Of a stretch of DNA of 64,000 nucleotides, positions 59,501 through 64,000 are shown in pieces. Origin of the DNA: Candidatus Multivoradales bacterium (GTDB lineage: Bacteria > Acidobacteriota > Thermoanaerobaculia > Multivoradales > Multivoraceae); the NCBI GenBank assembly GCA_965223325.1, contig CBDCWI010000001.1, positions 1,728,001 to 1,792,000 of the forward strand. The letters run 5' to 3'. Under the pieces are notes generated by a model. It searched no databases. It was not told where the DNA came from and saw only the letters and a program-made list of their open reading frames with translations. Positions within the stretch are counted from its first letter, which is position 1. Each line of letters starts with the position of its first letter. Made by a program: the position numbers and the translations under genes.

Positions 59501-60659
59501 TGCCTCGACCAATCGACTGAATGTCGCAGGCGCGGTCTTCGAAGGTGACGGCAGCCTCAAGGAGCTCGTGGGCAAGGTCATGAGGTACAACGAGTTCGGG
59601 CTCATCTACTGCTACAGCACGGTGTTTCCGAACAATCGCTGCAACCCCACAGAGGGTGACCCGCAGACGGGTGTTCATACGGCGCACATCTACACTGCAG
59701 ATGACGAGCGCATCTGGTCGTACGACCTGCTTCAGAGAGCGGAGTGGGCGATCCGAGATCTCGGCGGCCAGATTCTCCGTGAGTACACCGCCGACGGTGG
59801 CGTGTGGACGGCAGAAGACAACATCTACGGTGCCGGCCGACTTCTCGCCGCCGAAACATCGGCGGGTCGACGGTACATGCACACGGACCACCTCGGGACC
59901 GTACGTCTGATTACGGATTCAGCAAAGAACAAGGTCGCGTACCATGTCTACTACCCGTTCGGGAAAGAGGCCACTGCCTGGAACCAGGACACGTACCAGA
60001 TGAAGTTCACCGGGCATGAGAGAGACTTCCACCACTTTGGAACTCCAGGTGATGACGTGGACTACATGCATGCCAGGTACTACTACCCCGTCTACTCACG
60101 TTTCACCTCCACTGACCCCATCAACTCCGGGAAGCCCGCGTTTCCGCAAAGCTGGAACAAGTACACCTACGCCAGGGGTAACCCTCTGAAGTTCATCGAC
60201 CCGGATGGGTTGGAAGTGATCGTTCCCAAGTTGATCCAGGGCTTGGTGGATTCTGCCCTCGAGGACAGTCCACTGCTCAAGGGGCTCTTCGAGATTCTGG
60301 ACGCTGATGATCGAGTTTCACTGACTCTGGAGCTTGTGAGCGATTCATCAAAGATCGCAAGTTCGTCTACGGAAGCGAAAACCACCTTCAAGTCTCCCTT
60401 TAGGAGCCCCAACGGGGACCTGCGTCTAGTAGGTACGAGTACACTACCGAGGCTGAATTTCGAGAAGAAGTTGGCACACGAATTGACGCACACGTTCGAA
60501 GCGCTTTTTTTCGATACGACGCCGAATATGGTGCCGGGAGCAAAGAAGAACGCTGATGGATATGAGACCGGTGGACCCGACTTGGTCGAGGAAGCCGTTG
60601 GCGAGGAGCTCAAGGAATCTCGCCGTGCGAAGAAAAAGAAAAAGAGGAAGAAGGAGTGA
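56556..60659 (+). CDS. Rhs/YD-repeat protein with HExxH C-terminal toxin domain, 5'-truncated by IS copy 2
   Basis: Many YD repeats; TDHLGTVR, YYPFG, FTGHERD, YMHARYY, NPLKFIDPDG; tip has LAHELTH. The frame is open back to the IS end (first ATG 56619). Confidence 0.9.
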   Translation, partial: PRPIGDWRAGNASVPILESVSMPVSTVQPYSFIYYGAPGGPTADNLNTGKLESLTLPTLGKLRYTWRGWKIPTMVDCEQTGESNPERFHAPQTTPGIGTRQKTTNSNTVLGVWTYDNDWGGSVAVACAGGSASDQTKHQYTVTTVTTPLLDQEKHYFAAWMGVSGQSPLGHRSEEQGLPFSRHASTVDGGVTRYLSREILDCTSSGTCGTPVRKIYSGWEFNNDSCEVKSACGNRREWTSLTKYLDDGSKLTYVERDCFDGMGHYRKETSGGTIAGGGDKVVRTEYNPGRGILAVDDDGNQVPAGSACFPLTDFTPWPVGDQWVLGTYQFQTVSEPSAGDGRTDFGFDLNTGFLSTKRIRLVPGTTGSDDVVTTWTRTDLGGGEVRIIEKHFGGDVHDASSSTYAFKRDSRYHYGTLKRSGFDGFPTDLNGLIDKNTGLFSRTVDGTGLKIDYSYDKMGRITRIKNEQGTWVQYQYTAPSGNSGGRVTTYYRENGQTSGSDLAREQVRFDGLGRVVRERRLMPGAIWSDRFTTYDEAGNKKYFSEWGDANKRTQFKQYDAFGRASRIVPPEGASYERFLAYTGVRLVEETSKVGIGGSGGTVTLADVTKKLHYDRHGRLRLVEEDSAGSGTKVDTTYSYDFADRLTSASTSHNGTTQTRSFAYDPRGFLTSENHPERSTAATYSLYDSLGNVGYKTDAWRKLCYRYDGAGRPTKVERLSTGPCDAQMPDAHPLKEWTYATSNGSGDWRKGKVTRATRHNLIFLFEPTQQFDVAVHEDYVYGGIDGRVSSRVTEVRTHGIPYDPSSGSLENIFSQGFTYNALGAISSLSYPKCDAGNCLNYGGADRTVSRNYDSGFLASIPGYVNSISYHSNQAINQIAFASGVGETHDLDPYNRQRTRRIQTTGVVGSNNWDTGTYSYDGVGNVTRIGTSWYRYDEVSRLKDSGIYLGLGGGGTSRTQSYSYDAFGNLTNTTGNDGVSSPVVASTNRLNVAGAVFEGDGSLKELVGKVMRYNEFGLIYCYSTVFPNNRCNPTEGDPQTGVHTAHIYTADDERIWSYDLLQRAEWAIRDLGGQILREYTADGGVWTAEDNIYGAGRLLAAETSAGRRYMHTDHLGTVRLITDSAKNKVAYHVYYPFGKEATAWNQDTYQMKFTGHERDFHHFGTPGDDVDYMHARYYYPVYSRFTSTDPINSGKPAFPQSWNKYTYARGNPLKFIDPDGLEVIVPKLIQGLVDSALEDSPLLKGLFEILDADDRVSLTLELVSDSSKIASSSTEAKTTFKSPFRSPNGDLRLVGTSTLPRLNFEKKLAHELTHTFEALFFDTTPNMVPGAKKNADGYETGGPDLVEEAVGEELKESRRAKKKKKRKKE

Positions 60660-61237
60660 TGCCAGTGGGTTCCGTGTACGCCCTCATTCTGGCCTTGAGC
60701 CTTGGGGCATGGGAATCGTCGAGCGTGATCCCAGTGCTTCAGCCATGTACGGTTCCGACGGCGGGTGACGAGGCAGAGGAGTGGCGTCGAATCCTACTGG
60801 CTCTTGGGAAAGACCAGGCCTCCGGTCCTGAGCAACCTGCGATCAGGATGTTGTTCATACCAGCAGGTCGCGGCGAGGAACTTCTTGAGGTAACGCGGCA
60901 AGAGAGCGGTTTCTCATCGGTGGTGTACAGGGTGGCGTCGAAGCCCGCCAGAGTGGAAAACCACGCACCGGTTCGAGTCTCTGAGGAATCGGTGCTTGTG
61001 GACTGGAACGCTGTGGAGCCATCGGTTCGTTTGCTCGAAAGTCACCTGCGAAGAAGTGGCTACTCACCTTCGTTCGAAATTGCCACCCATCCCAGCTGGA
61101 TGTACGTCTTCTACTGGCCAACGAGTGGCGCCCCTGTCCAATGTGGTGTTGCTACGCCGCTTGACTGGGGAGAGGGGCGAAGGCACTGGGAGCTACGTGA
61201 GTTGTGGGAGGGGCTGGTTTCCGCGATTCGAGGGTGA
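60656..61237 (+). CDS. Putative immunity protein with signal peptide
   Basis: GTGA-coupled to the Rhs stop; hydrophobic N-terminus. Confidence 0.6.
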   Translation: MMPVGSVYALILALSLGAWESSSVIPVLQPCTVPTAGDEAEEWRRILLALGKDQASGPEQPAIRMLFIPAGRGEELLEVTRQESGFSSVVYRVASKPARVENHAPVRVSEESVLVDWNAVEPSVRLLESHLRRSGYSPSFEIATHPSWMYVFYWPTSGAPVQCGVATPLDWGEGRRHWELRELWEGLVSAIRG

Positions 61238-61249
61238 GCCTTCCAGGGC

Positions 61250-61322
61250 CAGCCCGCAGTCCGGTCAGCGACGTGTCGACCTCGATCGCCAGGCACTCGC
61301 GGGTGGCGTCGTCGACGACGTT
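61250..61322 (-). pseudogene. Relic of a different IS3-family integrase
   Basis: Minus strand encodes NVVDDATRECLAIEVDTSLTGLR. Confidence 0.7.
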
Positions 61323-61335
61323 TGGGGTACGTGTA

Positions 61336-61379
61336 CCGGGTAGTTCGGGTAGAACCGCCGGGTAGTTCGGGTAGAACCG
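61336..61379 (+). repeat. 2 x 22-bp tandem repeat CCGGGTAGTTCGGGTAGAACCG
   Basis: Direct read; overlaps the left inverted repeat. Confidence 0.85.
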
Positions 61380-61595
61380 CGGCGCGTGGGAGTCGCTTTG
61401 GCGGTTCGTGCTCGTATCGACAGCCGCTTCGGCTAGGCAGACACAGTTTCAGTGCACTAGTTCAGGCTGAGAAGGTGCCTGACCCACGATGTAGCTGCCA
61501 CAAGGCGCACCCCACCCTGGAAGAGCCCCACCCTCTTCTTAAAATGCCCCATCTGGTGATGAGCGGCCGGACGGACCCGACCACTCGCAAGGACG

Positions 61596-62585
61596 CTACG
61601 GTGGCGGCAACCCCTCGGGAGCGGGCATGTAGAGACCTGTCGGGATGAACGCATGCTCGGGAAACTCATCAAGGGCTTCCCTGATGCCCTTTCGCAGTCG
61701 AGCCGATGCAAGGCGGTAACGGTCGATCCACAGGTCGCGCATGTCGACGTAGTGCTGCCACATCTCAAACGTCGCAGCGTGGACCTTCGGGCGCTCACTC
61801 TTCTTCGAGTGCTCCGGCTGGTAGGCGAACTGACTCTTGTCGGTCAGGCGCTTCTTGTAGTCGCGCGGGACGCAGGCACGCGCCCCGGCGTGTTCCACGA
61901 GGAGCTCGTTGCACAGTTCCCGGGAGCGTCGTGTGATCTCGGCAGGATCAAGGCCGTCCCAGCAGGGCAGCGGTGAAAGCTCGAGGGTGAGCCGGTCTTC
62001 GAACTGCTTGGGGTCGAAGCGCTTCTTCCGACGAACCCGCTGGCGCCTCTCGAGCCTTTGTCTGGTTCGGGTCACGTCGTACATCTCACTGCGCCTCACC
62101 CACACCCCGGTGTGCTTCATGCTGCCGGAGAGAAGCGCTTTGGCAGAGTGAACGCCGGGCCACTTCGAGGGGTGAGGAACCAGACCCTCCTTCAAGCCCT
62201 GCGACATGAGGTAGCGCAGGCGGGCGATCTGGGCCTCTGGTTCATGGGTCACGATCGTGATCTCGGGACGACCAGCGAAGATACCTCCAGTCCACTTGCG
62301 GATGGGTCGAAAGAAGCGTTGCACCTCTTTGGCGATCTGGGAGTCGGCCAGGCAGAGGAAGTCACGGATCTGCTCAGCCGACTCAGCACGGACTAGGAGA
62401 TGGACGTGATTCGTCATGAACACGACGAAGCACAGGCCGAGGCCGAACTTCGCCTGGGCGTAGGCGAGGACTCCGATGAGGAGTTCGTTTAGCCTCTTGG
62501 AGGGGATAAAGAAGAACCTGCTCTGGAAGGTCTTCAGGGTCACTTCGTACAAGTTGTCGGGCGGAAGCCACCGGGGGCTTCTCAT
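61596..62585 (-). CDS. REP-associated tyrosine transposase-like (Y1 HUH) protein
   Basis: YEVTLKT..SRF, HUH motif FMTNHVHLLV, RLRYLMSQGLKEGLV..WPGVHS. Confidence 0.8.
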   Translation of the reverse strand: MRSPRWLPPDNLYEVTLKTFQSRFFFIPSKRLNELLIGVLAYAQAKFGLGLCFVVFMTNHVHLLVRAESAEQIRDFLCLADSQIAKEVQRFFRPIRKWTGGIFAGRPEITIVTHEPEAQIARLRYLMSQGLKEGLVPHPSKWPGVHSAKALLSGSMKHTGVWVRRSEMYDVTRTRQRLERRQRVRRKKRFDPKQFEDRLTLELSPLPCWDGLDPAEITRRSRELCNELLVEHAGARACVPRDYKKRLTDKSQFAYQPEHSKKSERPKVHAATFEMWQHYVDMRDLWIDRYRLASARLRKGIREALDEFPEHAFIPTGLYMPAPEGLPPP

Positions 62586-62748
62586 ACCCCTATGAGACGC
62601 AAGCCGGCCGCGAACCCTGACTGCGCAGCAGCCGTCGTCACCGAGGTAGGAACCGCCGTCTTCTAAGACGCAGAAGCCCGCGAGTTCCTTACAGACTGCC
62701 AATGCCGCTTCGCGCTGCCCGAACTACCCGGTACCCGTGCTCCACACA

Positions 62749-63210
62749 CTCGAGCTGCGAAGCCGTCGTATGCCGCGCCAGCTCCACCAGATCACGCTCC
62801 GTTTCAGGCGCCGCAACCCGCGTGATCGCTCGCACCTTTGAGAACGAAACCTCACCCCGCTCCATCGCCCGCACCAAAAGCGGAAGCTCAGCCAGACGCC
62901 GCGCCACCCGTACCTTCTCGCGCGCCGCCCCCATGCCAAGCCCAATGCGCCAATTCAGCCAATGCGCACAAGACCGCCAACCCGCCCAACCCGAGCGCGC
63001 GTCAAACTCCGCAATCATCACCAGCAATCGATACGTGGCCGCAGTGATATTCGCCGACAAAGTCACAATCTGATTGCCGAGGTCCTCGAGGTCGTTCTCA
63101 ACCCGCATTCCCAGCGGCCTTTCGAGCGGTGCCGGAGAGGTGCGTACGGGCGGCTTCGAGGCAATCGGCGGAGAGGTAATGGTCTTCTCGAGGAGTTGAG
63201 TCGAGGACAT
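62749..63210 (-). pseudogene. Truncated second copy of the DUF222-HNH gene
   Basis: Near-identical to 49673-50134; stops matching at the RAYT-element inverted repeat; HNH domain absent. Confidence 0.88.
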
Positions 63211-63468
63211 GGCGGCGCTCCGTTTCTACGTTCGATTTACGCCTTCGAAGGTACCACGGTAGGGCCGCAGAGTCCAGCAAAATCAGCTGTTTGCAGCGTT
63301 CTTCCAGCCCATTGCGCCCAATCAATTCACCGGGAGCAATTGCTTAGTGGAAAATGTTGAATTAGAGGAATTCGAGGTTTATAATAGCCGCCCACGGCTC
63401 CTGTCCCTCATCCAGGCCCTCCTCCTCGCGAGCCCTCCCCACACCACCTGTCAGGTCGTCCCGCCGCG

Positions 63469-64000
63469 ATGCCTTCCCTCGCCGACACGCTCCTTGAGCG
63501 CAGCCTCAACGATGCCTCTCTATCCGAGCGCGAGCGCGACTTGATCCTGGCGGCGTGGGTTGACGAGCTCGACTCGATGATCGAGTCGCCAGCCGGCTCC
63601 TTCGCGCGCCCCGCGCCAGCCGCGGAACTCGAAGAAGAGAGAGCCAGCCCAGTTGAGGCCTTTCTTCAATCGATTGAGGTTGCGGGGTTTCGAGGCATTG
63701 GCGAACGCTCACGACTCGATCTCGAGCCTGGCCCGGGCCTCACCCTGGTTGTCGGCCGCAACGGTTCCGGCAAGTCCAGCTTCGCCGAGGCGCTCGAACT
63801 CTTGATGACCGGCACGAACCACCGTTGGAGCAATAGCCGCTCGAAGATCTGGCGCGACGGTTGGCGCAACCTCCACTTTGCTGGCTCCCCCTGGATCGAA
63901 GCAAAGCTCACCGTGACCGGCCAGGAGGGGCCAACGGTGATTCGCCATCAGTGGGGAGAGGATCCAGTTCTCGAAGACGCGGAGACGCGGGTTCACTCGC
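63469..64000 (+). CDS. SMC/SbcC/RecF-like AAA ATPase, runs off the window end (not in the ORF track)
   Basis: Frame 1 from ATG 63469: FLQSIEVAGFRGIG..LTLVVGRNGSGKSSFAEALE..GWRNLH. Confidence 0.85.
   Translation, partial: MPSLADTLLERSLNDASLSERERDLILAAWVDELDSMIESPAGSFARPAPAAELEEERASPVEAFLQSIEVAGFRGIGERSRLDLEPGPGLTLVVGRNGSGKSSFAEALELLMTGTNHRWSNSRSKIWRDGWRNLHFAGSPWIEAKLTVTGQEGPTVIRHQWGEDPVLEDAETRVHS

Larger units (their letters stand above)
61321..62746 (-). mobile_element. RAYT-like Y1 transposase element bounded by about 32-bp imperfect inverted repeats
   Basis: 61321-61352 and the reverse complement of 62715-62746 share GTACCGGGTAGTTCGGG exactly (27/32 overall). Both ends abut broken genes. 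Confidence 0.65.

Noticed and set aside
61336-61379. 22-bp repeats as a CRISPR array
   Set aside because: Only two adjacent units with no spacers, and no cas genes in the window.

Overview
This is GC-rich bacterial DNA. The Oar-type TonB receptor, CRTAC1/FG-GAP proteins and a 'CL..GRF.V.V.W...KVLDGC..NGHFW.F' C-terminal domain suggest Acidobacteriota, probably Thermoanaerobaculia (inference). The window has three zones. (1) 1-25.3 kb: mostly envelope and housekeeping genes (two TonB receptors, CRTAC1, TPR, AlkA-like glycosylase, DUF4388 operon, DUF5916, deoxyhypusine-synthase-like, metallophosphoesterase-FG-GAP, Lon). (2) 25.4-47.4 kb, the main find: an NHLP-leader class II lanthipeptide (RiPP) cluster. 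It has a sigma-54 promoter and adjacent activator, two 90%-identical precursors with 27-aa single-Cys cores, a CCG-type LanM, two tandem TolC paralogs with large Cys-containing insertions, an adaptor, a C39 ABC exporter and an FHA-fused second ABC subunit. A split partner-switching module brackets it: FHA-GAF-PP2C, STAS and cNMP-FHA upstream, and an HExxH domain fused to an RsbW-like kinase as the last gene. (3) 47.4-64 kb: a decaying polymorphic-toxin and mobile-element zone with orphan toxin/immunity pairs, two inverted IS3 copies enclosing 2 kb of toxin fragments, a 5'-truncated Rhs, a RAYT-like Y1 transposase with terminal inverted repeats, a duplicated DUF222-HNH gene and a partial SMC-like ATPase. 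No rRNA, tRNA or CRISPR array was recognised. All family assignments come from reading motifs by eye, not from database searches.
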